Of a stretch of DNA of 64,000 nucleotides, positions 13,985-26,430 are shown piece by piece (positions within the stretch are counted from its first letter, which is position 1; each line of letters opens with the position of its first letter). Made by a program: the position numbers and the translations under genes. The notes under the pieces are model-generated. The model saw only the letters and a list, made by a program, of their open reading frames with translations. It had not been told where the DNA came from and did not search any database. Source of the stretch: Marsupella aquatica (lineage: Eukaryota > Plantae > Marchantiophyta); contig OZ316893.1 in the NCBI GenBank assembly GCA_973895155.1, positions 2,374,330 to 2,438,329 on the forward strand, in the 5' to 3' direction.

Positions 13985-14410
13985 AGTCTGCCAGACATTT
14001 CGAATCAACGCAGCTCAGGAATATGGCAAGTGCATGGAAGGCTGAAAGTGGATAACGATAGTCCATGATATACAGATCCTTCCCATACTTCGCAAACTGC
14101 AAAAGAACTTGGGCACTCGGTGAGGACGCCTGATTCTGCTCCATATCAGCAGCAACAAGCTGGTAAGTCTTCAAGACTGGAGAAGGACACGACGGCCCGG
14201 GAAGAATAGCTTCCAAGACTCAAGCTTATGATTCCACAAAGGGACCTTACTGGTTAGTGCCAAGGTCCATCCCTTCTCTGTAGCCCACTGCCTACGGACT
14301 GGAATTCTGCTGCACCCGCAATGCCCAATTGCTGACTTCGATGTAGAAGAGCCACAGCTGCCATGCGCACTCAAGCCTCCCCCAGGGTTAAGACAAGATA
14401 GATGAGACAT
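13985..14410 (-). pseudogene. Tubby-like protein (TLP) C-terminal domain remnant
   Basis: KVPLWNHKLESWKLFFPGR, then after a frameshift LKTYQLVAA...[37 protein letters not shown]. This matches the Tub-domain end ([42 protein letters not shown]). Confidence 0.85.
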
Positions 14411-15690
14411 TTACATGGACCCCCAAAATGCGAAGTGTTTCTTGATGGAACCATGAGTGATCCAGACAGTTGATAGATCTCAAATCAATGTACTCAAAAG
14501 CTCAGGTGGTCGCATGGGGTTAAGTAAGACATATCAATTTAAGGAATGACTTTAAATAATTCGAGTGGCCGCCCACTTACAACACGTTTCTTTCAGGGAT
14601 CCCCAGATTCATGTTATTGCATAGATATAACATACCAGCGCAACGAGTCTAATGATGCCCGCATGGGCCTACAGTGCACACTTCGCTGTGCCCCACATTT
14701 CGTTAATTAACGCTTCAAAGTATGGAGTTCACTTTCTCACCTGGCCGCAGCAGAGTAATGTCTGATCAAGCCATTTATTGGGCATAAGTTACATCGAAAA
14801 GCTTGAGATGATTGGCCAAATGTCTACTAGACTTACTGTACTCAACCTTTGGACACGTACGTCGCTATGCCCGAAACTTCAAAGCATGGAGTTCGCTTCT
14901 TACCTGGCGGCTGCAGATGTCTGATCAAAGTCATTTGTTGGGGAACCAGTAAGTTGTATCTTGGAGGCAGCTTGAGATCAATCCGATGATCTTGAAGGCA
15001 GCTTTAGATGATGAGGATGATGAGCTCATCGATTGCATGGATCAATGAAGAGCAGAATAATAATAATACGAGAATGATGCGATCGGTCTTTGGCGTTCCA
15101 GTATCGTAACCCAGTCTGAAAAGCAAGGATGAAGGGTCATGACTGTATTAATCCTGTTCCGTAGCCACCTTCCAAATTCCAGTGCCTCCAAAAGTTATTA
15201 TCCACTTTGACTTTGGACTTTGGAGCTGTTTTTGTTTGGCTCTATGTCACTGGAGCAAAGGACACGCAGCAGAACGACAACCAGTGCCGCCAGTACACGT
15301 TTTGGGCACGATGGTTCCGGAGGGCGCACGTGGCACTGGCAAGCTGGCTGGCCACGTTGTGCTTTTCGTACAGGTGGACCAATCAGAAAGAGGCAGCCAC
15401 CTCCCACTCTGGCCCCATGCCCCTGGCCCAACAGCGGCCAAGGCAAACCAATAACCTTTGGCTGGCTTTACTACTCTATATGTGTGGGGCCTGGTCCAAT
15501 TTTTTTCCACCCACGTAAAATGGAAGGCCTCTTCTACTTGTGAAGATGGACCCATGACCAAGGTATCCTGAAATGGAATTCATCAATACAAATCACTTGT
15601 TTGAGGTGATTTTAGACACAATCCCCACTCCATGTGAGTATTGTCCTGGACATTGGTTTGCCTTGTAAGGCGGCCGTAATCCATTATATG

Positions 15691-16667
15691 ACCCCGAGTT
15701 AAATCTACATCACGTTAATGCTCCCCCACTTCCCCGGGGCGCCGTACACTGCCCGTCCCAGTCCCCGATGCTGCTGCCCGCTCCGGCCCAAGTTTGGCAG
15801 AACATAAACCAATACTCTACCATTTTGTCAAGCGCTCCAACCCGATAAACTTTGGGTCATCGACTTTGGGTTTATGTTTTGGCACCTTCGCTTGCTCCGG
15901 CCTGACGACTTAAGTTTGTGTCATCGATTTATTCCTTGTGGAGTCTTGGTTTATGTTCTGGCAACACTTCTTTCCAACAGAGTCTAAGTGTTCAGGGCAA
16001 ACCTAGTACTTTGGTTAAGAGTCATGATTTATAAAGTCTTGGTTTATGTTGTGCCAAATACTTATTCTCTATGGAGTTGTGATTAATGTTTTGGCAACAC
16101 TTCTTTCCAAGGGAGTCATGCTTGTTTGGTAACAGTGTCTAAGTGTTCAGGCACAACCTAGTATTTTGGTTAAGAGTCGTGATTCTAGAGTCTTGGTAGA
16201 TGTTTTTCCAAATGCTTCTTCTCGATGGAGTCAGGGTTTATGTTCTGTCAACACTTCTTTCCAATGGAGTCATACCTATTTTGTAATAGAGTCTCAATGT
16301 TCAAGGGGAACCTAATACTTTGGTCGAGAGTCATGACTGATAGAGTCTTGGTTTATGTTGTGCCAAATATTTATTCTCTATGGAGTGGTGGTTTATGTTT
16401 TGGCAACACTTCTTCCAAAAAGTTGATGGCACAAAGTCAATCGGGCCGGAATGGCCGACAAAACATTTTGGGTGCCAAAACATAAACCTGAAGTCGATGG
16501 CGCAAAGTTAATCGGGCCGGAGCGCATGATTTAAATTGTAGAGTATTGGTTTATGTTTTGCCAAACTTGGGCCGGAGCGGGCAGCACCATCGGGGACTGG
16601 GACGGGCAGTGTACGGCGCCCCGGGGAAGTGGGGGAGCATTAACGTGATGTAGATTTAACTCGGGGT
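15691..16667. mobile_element. Non-autonomous TIR DNA transposon (MITE-like, 977 bp) with ~200-bp TIRs and an 8-bp TSD
   Basis: Begins ACCCCGAGTTAAATCTACATCACG and ends CGTGATGTAGATTTAACTCGGGGT; the inverted match extends ~15691-15887 vs ~16471-16667. ATTATATG flanks both sides (15683-15690, 16668-16675). Internal ggtttatgtt sub-repeats. Confidence 0.95.
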
Positions 16668-17384
16668 ATTATATGGTCCGGATTTAATCTCAGATGAGTT
16701 AAAAAGTACGGGCCCAGATGTTTTGCCAAGTCACCCTAATCAACATGAGACATTTCTTTCTATAAGTCACAGGAATTGCATTCAATGCTGTCGCTGCAGT
16801 AGGGCCAATCATTTTCCTAGAGTTTTGGAAGAGGAGGGAGATGCAGTACTCCCACTGAGGAAGGAATTTGTGTAGAGAAAGCACGCTGCCCTCTGCCAAT
16901 TCTATTTTTGCCATGGTTGTCGTTGTATCATTAATTCAACATGAACGAAAGTTTGCAAAACTCCAGTATGTAATGGGCTGGCCCTTACTCAAGATTGCAT
17001 GTGTCAATCAGTGCTTAAATTATTTGTTCTTCTAAGAAGGGCAAAGAAAACACCTTGAGAAAACACTCACATTCTAGACCTTCTTAATGCCCATCATAGA
17101 AAACACCTCGAGAAACCACTCACATTCTTGGTCTTCTTAATAATGCAGGTCATCACTGCTCTCTTTGCAATTTTCAAACCAATCGGGAGAAGAATCTAGA
17201 GTCATTATGAAGATTCTACCATATCTTTACTAAAATTGAGATACCATTAGGCGTTTAGATGTACTTAATATATGGGTGGTGACCAAAGTATTGTGCATGC
17301 TAAGGGTAACAACTACTAGTTGCCCCCTCAAAACTCGAGCCCTTTTAAGGAAACAGGGTATAATTAAGGTCATATTCTATTATA

Positions 17385-18771
17385 CAAGCTCAATACCCGT
17401 GCGTTGCACAAAAAATGTCGTGTCGCCCAAGATGTTGTGAAGAAAAAAGATATTATGTCGGCCAAGATGTCGTGAAGAGAAAATATGTCATGAAGGAAAA
17501 ACATGTTGTGTCACCCAAGATGTCATGGAGAAAAAAGATGTTGTGTTGCCCAAGATGTCATGAAGCCTACTGTCTTGGCTTTGGTCGCCCCAATGCCAAG
17601 ACCCCTTGGGGCAACGAAATGGCTTGGCTGCCTTTTCTCTGAGAAAATGAGGGTTACATCTCAAGTTTTGGGTAGTTATTGTTTTATTCTATACAGCCCA
17701 ATGCCCGTGTGTTGCAGAAAAGATGTCAAGGTGAAAGAGATGTGAATGAGAGAAAGAGATGTCGAGGTGAGAAAAAGAAGTCAATGTGAAAAGAAATTCA
17801 TGAGAGAAAAAGTTGTCAAGGCGAGGAAAAGATTTAAAGATGAGAAAAAGATGTGAGGGAGAGAAAGAAATGTTGAGGTGAGGGAAAGATGTTTGCGGTG
17901 AGATGCATATATATGTCAAGGTGAGAAAAAGGTAAGAGGTTGAGGTGAAAAAAGATGGTGAAGTGAAAAAAAGATGTAAAGATGAGTAAAAGATGTAGAG
18001 GAGAGAAAAAATGTTGAGGGTGAGAAAAAATGGTTGTGATGAAATAAAGATGTCAATGTGAGAAAAAATAGCAAGATGAGTAAAGGTATCAAGGTAAGGT
18101 AAAGTTGTGGTGATTTTCAAAAAACAGTGCGTTGCACATAGAAATTGGAGACGTGAGATAATGTCGAGTGCTTGCAGGTCCAAGCACAACCAAGTGATAG
18201 GGATAAATATTTTTTTCATTTTAAACATTGAAATAAATAAATATATATAAATTATTTATATTCAAGTTTTTCCAAAATTTGAAAATTAATATCCAATTTT
18301 TTAAATTCCAATTTTAGTAATTAATTTATTTTTATTAAATTTTCATCTTGGCCAAGCTTGGGCAGGAGGCAATTGAGATTTAAAGGGGTATGGATGGATC
18401 TGAGGACGACTGTGTCAGGAGAATAAATTTTTAGTAAAGGGTTACTATTAATTCACATTTTTTATTGAGTTTGTAAAGGAAAGTCTAGTGCATTGATAGA
18501 GTCACTCCTCATTTTTTGTCTTGTGTGATCTCTTCTTGCTTGGAAACCGTGCCCTTCATTTTCATTCACACTAAATTAAATGTTCTGTTTGCGTTATTCC
18601 TTATCTTTCCTTACATGTTTATATGTTTGTCATTTAAAGTACATTTCAAATTTGAAAGACGACCACTCTATAAAATGGTGCAACAGTGTATTATAGTTTA
18701 GGATAACGAAACAGTCTTAATGTAAACCTATATTTTATGTATTATGTAGATTTTAGATGTAGAAATGTAGA
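17385..18771 (-). mobile_element. Non-autonomous Helitron-like element
   Basis: The minus-strand 3' end reads tgtgcaacgcacgggtattgagCTTG|T (typical plant Helitron subterminal motif with a degenerate CTRR). The putative 5' end is A|TCtacatttctac. Internal gagaaaaaagatgt low-complexity repeats are shared with the 44663-45511 element. Confidence 0.65.
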
Positions 18772-21700
18772 TGGAAGTGCCCTATTTGCTGTAAAATGAG
18801 GTAAGACGGTTAACAAACGAATTTATGACTATGTGGAATACCACACAAGTATTCTCCAGGATATATAAAAGTCCCCGCGATGACAAGATGGGTCTCCCAT
18901 AGCTGACTTTTTGTAAGGGTAGGTGTGGAATCATTGTACCTCATTTCGTTGACGAGAGAGTCATCCAAATCCTGATCCTCTTCTCAGCACATGACAATGC
19001 TACCAAAATAATTCTAGACGAGAGGACTAAAATAATAAATAATTGAAGGAACAAAGATAGTCCGACTACATGATTGAGTGCATGAAGGCATGCTAGTAAC
19101 TTGCTGACATCTGGAAGGCCAAAAAAGGCAGCCGCCTTGAGAATATATGAGACATTTTCAATTGTACTATGTAATGTACCAGCAAAATGTCCATGTGCAA
19201 TACAACCAAGATATCATTGCATGAAAGATTTTATAAAAAATATCCTTGTGCAAAAAATAGAAAGTAAAGTTTGGATGGACGGAGGGGTTGTGAAACCCCC
19301 ATGGATTTCCAAAGCTATGATGGACTGACTTAGAACATCAAAATTTTCTCAAATAGCACTTTTATGGTCTTGACTCATATGTGACCTGTAAGTCCTGGCT
19401 CACGCAAACTCCTCAAGGCATCCTTCATAAAAGTGAGACGTCATTTACCAAAATGGTAAGTTGGTGGTTGTGCCTGAGTATTGAGGGCGTTCTTCACAAA
19501 AGTGAAGCATCCGTTAGTGGTTAGTCTAAAACATTTGATCATCTTTGCACTCATTGACAATGGACCACATGGTTTCAGAAAATTGAAACTGTAATAGACT
19601 GGACATCAGAGAACATGCTAAAAAACTTTGAGTTCACTTGATACAGAGATCCAAAAATTGTTTAAATAATTGCACTTGAAGTTTGCTGAAAACTAGCATT
19701 TCATAGCTGGTCGAGACACTTGGAGAACCTACTTGGGGCGTCCATGTCAAAAGTGAAGCATCGTTCTTAAGTAAGATAGCCCGACAATGTGGATTTTGGG
19801 TGTAAAGTGAAACAATGTGTGTCACAGTCCATGGGGATAGGCAAAACAAACCCTCAGTTCATCCGGGCTTAACTTTCACAACAAATATAGTGGAAAGACA
19901 GAAGTTGATCGGGTGAAGAAGTTGGGTCAAAGAGGTCATTCCACCGGTGTGAGTGTATTCAAGAAATTAGTAGGTTAGTAATCAGTCCTTCCAATTGATC
20001 CGGACAATCTAGACTCAAGAAAGTATGTGTGCCAAGAAGTTTTCTAAGATTGATGGACACCACTTTTTCTTTGTAAAGCAATCCATAGTTTTCTGATGAA
20101 CAATCCTGGTCCATCCGGGTTGCAAGCTTGAGAGATTGGTCCATTCCAAATTTTCTAATTGTGCGGCTTGAGGTTTCCAGGCTTGAGAACATTAATACCA
20201 CAGTAAAGTAATGTTCAAAAAAAATCAACATACAAGTTCTAGTGGAAAATGTAAAGTATCATGAGAGGATTGAGGTCACCAGGTCGGTATGGATGGGAGA
20301 TTACATCATTTCAATGACATGAAGATCCCACAATAATATCGTTGCTGGATGTGCCAAATGAGGTTTAAAGTGTGGGCCAGGATTCAAGGAGGGGCAGTCC
20401 AAAAGCCAGGATTCCTCAAAATTTGTAAGACTATCACTTAAAAAAAGAGAGTATTCATAATTCTTTTTGATATAACAAGGTATCAAAGAACAAAATCATC
20501 AAACAAGGATACAGGATCCCAAAGACAAAAAACCTGATCAAAGGGGGGAAGAGTAAAAGGGAAAAGACCATTTAAGTTTGCTTAAAGCCAACTTGTTAAG
20601 ATTTCATCGTGATTGAAGTCATCAGCAAAATGGATCAGATATATGTATATTTATCAGAGGGTGACACACAATTATAACAAGTTTACTCATACAGTTCTGA
20701 ATTTTGAACATTCCATCTGAATTAAGTTTGAGGATGAGCTATGAACGTTGTATGGGAATAAAGTTTGGAGGTTTAATTTTTAATCTATAACTATAATTCT
20801 TAAAGGAAGAGGGAGGGGCAGGAAATCCATTAAATCACAAGCTCCCATACAAAGTACTGCAGTAATATGTAGTCTTCATTTCATATACATTAATGTTGTT
20901 AACTCTAAACAAGTATATAGATTTTTTCAGTGTCATCTCATTTGATCACCTAAGAGCGCCATCTTTGGTCACAAAAAGCATCTAAAAATAGTTCATATCT
21001 TTATGTTTAAGAACTCAGTAAAATAAAGGGATCCTATGATGGGAAGAATGGGACAGCCTGCGTGAAAGTTTCTCTAAAATTAACTAGAATTAAACATGCA
21101 ATGCAATCACGTGCTGTCCCGGACATTTTGTCGCCTCATACTTGTTTCCTTGATCATGCCCTCAGCAAAGGTTGTCTAATTTACAAACAAAAATTCTGGA
21201 CAAAACAACATTCATTAGGAAGGACCACAAAACAACAAAGGCATTGGCCTTTTTCACTTGTCAGAAAAAAGAAAAAAAGAAGTTCTGTAGCTCAAGTCCA
21301 GCAAAACAGCCAATCTCTTGCTATGCTGGTTCTTTTGCATGGATCTCAATATTCTGTCTGCCTGGCTGGCATTCAGTCAACAGCGTTGAAAATGTGGAAC
21401 ATTCGATGACTTTGATATCACCAAACATACCAACCAGTCTTTGCGCAATAGTAAGAGGTTGTCCATGTTGTTATCTGATGAGTTCAAGCCTGCTCTTATT
21501 TTACCGTAGTGACAATTACGTTCGCAAACAAAATAACAAATTAAAAAATCTAGTCCAGCATTTTACGGAACACAGCACTGCATATTTTCCAATGAGCCGT
21601 TTCTTGGAATGTCACATTTCGGCGTTGGGCTCCAAATTTCTTACTTAGTTCTAAGCAATTTCCAGGGTTAGATATAATCCAGGTGATTTCCAGGTATTTA

Positions 21701-23829
21701 TATAATTCCAGGAGATTTCCCATAACTGCCTCAATTGTAGACTGGACAGCCTGGCAAAGTTTCTATGAGGTCAAATGCCCTCAAGCAGTGTAAGCTGTTG
21801 AAATTGGCCTCTAACATCTGTTTTTGCTCGGTAGAAAATAGACTCAGAAAACTCTGCAGTTAAAAATACTTTTAAGTGGCCAACTGCTAAAGTTTGACAG
21901 CAAGTAAAAATTAAGTTTCCCATTTGTGAATAGCTAGCAAGAGTTACTAGTAGTGCTGCAATTTTAAATGGCCACCCGCTAAAGTTTCTAAGCAACCAAA
22001 AAACACTTTTACCAATTCAAGAATAGCTAACCAAGTTCACACCATATATATAATATTTATTTTTTCTTAATTAATTTATTTATTCATATAATTATATATA
22101 TACGTGTAGAACACATTCGTCCGAAGTGTAACGAAAACTGGTCAAAGAATGCAGCGACTACGAGAGTGACTCGAAAAAGTTTCAACTCGAAGTTTCAACT
22201 CGAAGTTTCAACACGGACATTCCTTCGCACTGACAATAATTGGATGGAAAGTTCTGCACATCGACAATAATACGGAGTACAAGATATTTATGCAGACAAA
22301 AGTCTCAGTGACTGTACTTTTCGTTTTCAAGTGGTGAGTAGGTGAACAAGCTAGCCTTCCAGAGTCGCTCCCAAGTTTTCTTGTCACACCTGTAAACTTG
22401 CTCTTGGGTTGTATCTCCTTTAGAACAAAGTAGAGTTTGGGAATTAAATGTGCGTATTTCTCTTTCTGTCAAAGGGGGTCCAGCCCACGGGAGTTGCTGA
22501 CGGCTACTGTAGTTAAGCTGATAGCCCACTTATAAAGGTTTTTTGCTCAATAAGTTAATAATATAAAGTAGACCTTGTAGAAAATGATTCCAGGCTTGTG
22601 TGTGCTAAGAAAAGATGCACAAAAAGTGATTACTCGTGTCAAATAAAGGGAAAACCAGTATGCCTTGCTTAGACAGAGCCTACTGTAGTCTCATTATTAA
22701 ATTTGCTTCAGCCAAAGCCAAATGACCATGTCTCTCTTCCAAATGACCCCTCCAAAGAATCTCGGTGACCAAGACCCCATCATTGAAGAATGTCATGTCA
22801 TATCATGGTTCTTGCGTCCCCTTAAATGACTTGACTGCAGGCTGTCCTTTGATAGAGAGGCTAGAATCTTATGGGAATCGTTTCCTTGGTTTTAACCCAT
22901 GATCACATCACAACTTCGTGAGTCTCTTTAAAACACATTTCTCACTCAGACTAACATCTGATAGCCCCGACATTCTCAACTTTGCACAAAGTCAGCCCAA
23001 AAAGTATTATAGGATAGTATCTCTGGCCAATTAGATACTGTGAAAAATTATATCATTATCTTTTTAAGCCAACCCTAGTCTTTGTCGTCTTTGGAATACA
23101 TTGGGCACACCGTTGCCCCTGAGGGAAAAAGAAAAGCCCATTTTTCAATTCGCTGAAGCAAAATTTGATACTAAAAAATTAAAATTAAAATAAAATAAAT
23201 AGAATAAAATGGATACTGTAATTTTCTCAATGAAAACATAAGTACAATGAAGGGAAAGAAAAGAGGTCCAAAGGAGACAAACACCAAACACTAACAAAGA
23301 GACAAATACAACCCTGAATGCCAAGGAAGAGGCAGAAAATCTGGAATGCTACCCCTTCATTAGTGTGATAAATTATGGTACAGACAAACCAACCCACATT
23401 CAGATCATTAAGATACACTCTATTTCAGAGTTTTTATTATCACTTCAAGAATAATTTGCCTTTTAATTCAGCTCATTAACCATATAACAGATATCCTTTT
23501 ATTATGCTTAGGGATAAAATAATTACGTACCTATATTCAGGATCTGCCAGCTGGCTACTATATAATTATATCCATTCCTTTTTTCCCCTGCATCGATATT
23601 TCAAGTCTAAAGAGAAATATCCATGTAAGGAAAGTTTATTTCCTTGCATGGACATTATTACAGGAGTCAAGAGTATTTCTTTGTAGATTACATTTATAGT
23701 GGAGAACATCATTCCTTGCATGGATATTAATACCTTCGGAGGGGACTCGTGTGTCAAATTCCACCTCACTGGAACACCTTTGTCTCTTTTGCTTGGACTT
23801 AGCGAGGCTAGTCTTCAATTCGCCACTTT

Positions 23830-24830
23830 CTGACCTAACCTCGACCCCTTTAGCCAAAATCTGACAGGTATCCTTAAATATAGGAAGATCTAAGGGTCAA
23901 AATTGATTTAGAAAAACTGGATAAGGAGTGTTGTTAGCATCTTCTCCATCAAAACGACATTGGCCATACACCAGCTGTTTCCAGAGAAATTTACCAAATG
24001 CCACACTAAAAAATATTGCATGGTCACTTTTGGCTAAACTTTTTGTCTTTCATTAGCCACTTTCTTACCTAATCCCAGAACCATTAGCCTAAATCTAACA
24101 ATTGTCCATGAAATCGAAGAAGATCTAACATAAAGAAATTATTCTAGGAAAATCGGATAGAAAATACTTCTAGCATCTTGTCCTTCGCACAAAGTGACAT
24201 TAGCCAAATAGGAAAAACCTTAAGACTTTCGATTGCTTTATTTAGTAGCGAAAATATGCTCAAAAGTCTTCACCACTTTTGAGGTTTTTGTCTTCCATCA
24301 GCCAAGAGAGTTCCTCACCTAACCCAGCAGCCATAATCTTTTTGTCTTGGATCAGCCATCTTCCCACCTAACCTCAGCAGCCATAATATTGATGGGTATC
24401 CAAGGAGAAGTAATGGTCAGAAATTAAGCTTAAAAACAATACCAATAACATTCTTGTTGGCACCTCCTTGGTCACACATTCACACAAGGTGACATTGTCA
24501 CATTATTTGGCACCTTGGGAAAACAGAAAACCTTAAAAATTAACCCCAGTAGCCATAATCTGATGGTTATCCCTTAAATCCAAGGAGATCCAATGGTAAA
24601 AAATCAAAGTAAGAAATCAAGATAAGAAACATTCTTCGCATCTTCTTAGTCACACATTTTTGACAGTATGACATTATTTGGCACCATGGCGAGAAAAGGA
24701 AAAAGACTTTACATTAATTTACCCTACAAGGCAGCATAGCTAGCCATAATCTGATGGAAATTTGTGAAATCTAAAGAATAGCGGCCAGGAATCAGACTAA
24801 GAAAATGATACCAAGAAGCTTCCTTGCCAC
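23830..24830. repeat. Degenerate tandem repeat region (~200-250-bp units); related sequence at ~62100-62250
   Basis: Recurring agccataatctgatgg...ccttaaatc.aggagatc...ggtcaaaa and agcatcttctcc...tgacatt motifs. Confidence 0.55.
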
Positions 24831-25402
24831 ACACTCAAATAATAGGGAGTAAGAGATTGGTTTGGACTTATCCAGTGTTGTCAGTTATGGGTTATGCACT
24901 AAGAGAGTTTACTTTAGCGCAGCAAAGACACAAGGTGACATTATAACCTTTAAAAACTGACAATTTTATGGACCTTAACTCACTACAGTAGTTACTAGTT
25001 CTCTACACAAAAGTTATGGACTATGAAATTCATATTTTCTAACTTCTGCCAAAAGGAGGCTTGTGACCTAAAAAAAAATAAAGTCCTTTAATTTATGTAA
25101 TCCTATGAAAAACTTACAAACATTTTTTTCTGCTCTAATGCCATCCTCCCCAATTTTGAAGGTTTGAGAAAAAATTAAGACCATAATTTATTTATGCTCA
25201 AATGTCATCGTCCATAATTTAGAAGCTACTTTCGAAACTTTGAGAAAAAATTATGAACATTTCTTCATGCTCAAATGTAATGTAATCGTCCATAATTTCG
25301 AAGGTTTGAGAGTTTGAGACGCCCTATCGTGATATTATTGGGTACCTTGGCGAAAGAGAAAATACCTCGAAAAGTTACCATATTACAGTGTACAGAGGAG
25401 CG

Positions 25403-25884
25403 CCGTGTCGATCGCCGAGCCCCTCCTCGTCCCGTCCCTGTCCTTCCCGTGTCGGGCCCTCTCTGCCAATCTGCCCCTGTCCTTCCTTTGCTCGGATCGT
25501 TCGGGGAATCGGGGAATCGGGGACAAGGTCCTGAGTCCTGTCGATCGCCCAACCCCTCCTCTTCCCGTTCCTTCCCTGCCTTTCCCTTCGGGCCCTCTCT
25601 GCCAATCTGCCCCTGTCCTTCCTTTGCTCGGATCGTTCGGGGAATCGGGGACAAGGTCCCGAGTCGTGTCGACCGCCCAGCCCCTCCTCATCCCGTCCCT
25701 GCCCTTCCCGACGGGCCCTCTCCGCCAATCTGCCCCTGTCCTTCCTTTGCTCGTTCGGGGAATCGGGGACAGGGTCCCGAGTCGTGTAGATCGCCCAGCC
25801 CCTCCGCATCCAGTCCCTGCCCTTCTGCCCCTGTCCCACCTTTGCTCGGATCGTTGCGAGAATCGGGGACAAGGTCCCGAGTCC
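25403..25884. repeat. GC-rich tandem array, ~4 x 120-130 bp, upstream of the RING-CH gene
   Basis: The unit tgtcgatcgcc...gccaatctgcccctgtccttcctttgctcggatcgttcggggaatcggggacaaggtcccgagtc starts near 25406, 25538, 25666 and 25785. Confidence 0.9.
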
Positions 25885-25914
25885 CGACTGAGAACATTCC
25901 GACAGGCTGCGAGC

Positions 25915-26430
25915 ATTGATTGATTGACTGACGGATGGACGGAGGGATGGATGGATTGAGATTCTCGTTCCAGTCATTGAGCGAGCGAGGAGTCAGGAGG
26001 GAAGGACAGGACAGGACTGGACTGGACTGGACTGGACGGGACGGGGCGGGACTGGAGTGGAGTGGAGTCCGAGGAGCATGCCATGCCAGATTGCCATCGT
26101 TCCTCGAGGCCCGGCCCGCCTGCTATGCCGCTCCTGCTGTTCCTGCTGCAGCGGTACTTCTTCGACTCGTCGCTAGCTGCTCAATGCCTCAATGCGCTTT
26201 CTCATCTAATTTTAGGAGACCTGTGTCTGTCCCATGTCAGCACAGGACAGCGCTGCGGATCCCACTGTTCCGAGCTCGCAGGTGATTGATTGATTTTATT
26301 CTGCTCGACTCCTCTCGCTCCTTGCTGTTGGTACGACTCGCTCTGTCACTCTCTCTGCTCCTCTGCTCGTCTCGGCTTCGTCTCGTCTCGGCTTCGTCTC
26401 GTCTTCGTCTCGTCTCGTCTCGTCTCCTAT
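25915..26430. repeat. Microsatellite tracts (GATT, GGAT, GGACA/GGACT, CGTCT) in the putative promoter/5' UTR
   Basis: Directly visible simple repeats. Confidence 0.75.

Noticed and set aside
15182-15561. Cluster of overlapping ORFs, considered as the Tubby F-box N-terminus
   Set aside because: No F-box or other motif identifiable in any frame.
17689-18228. 179-aa hydrophobic ORF
   Set aside because: Translation of low-complexity Helitron-internal repeats.
19300-23000. Short ORFs that might be decayed transposase or retroelement fragments
   Set aside because: No diagnostic DDE, RT, gag or terminal-repeat signature could be read.
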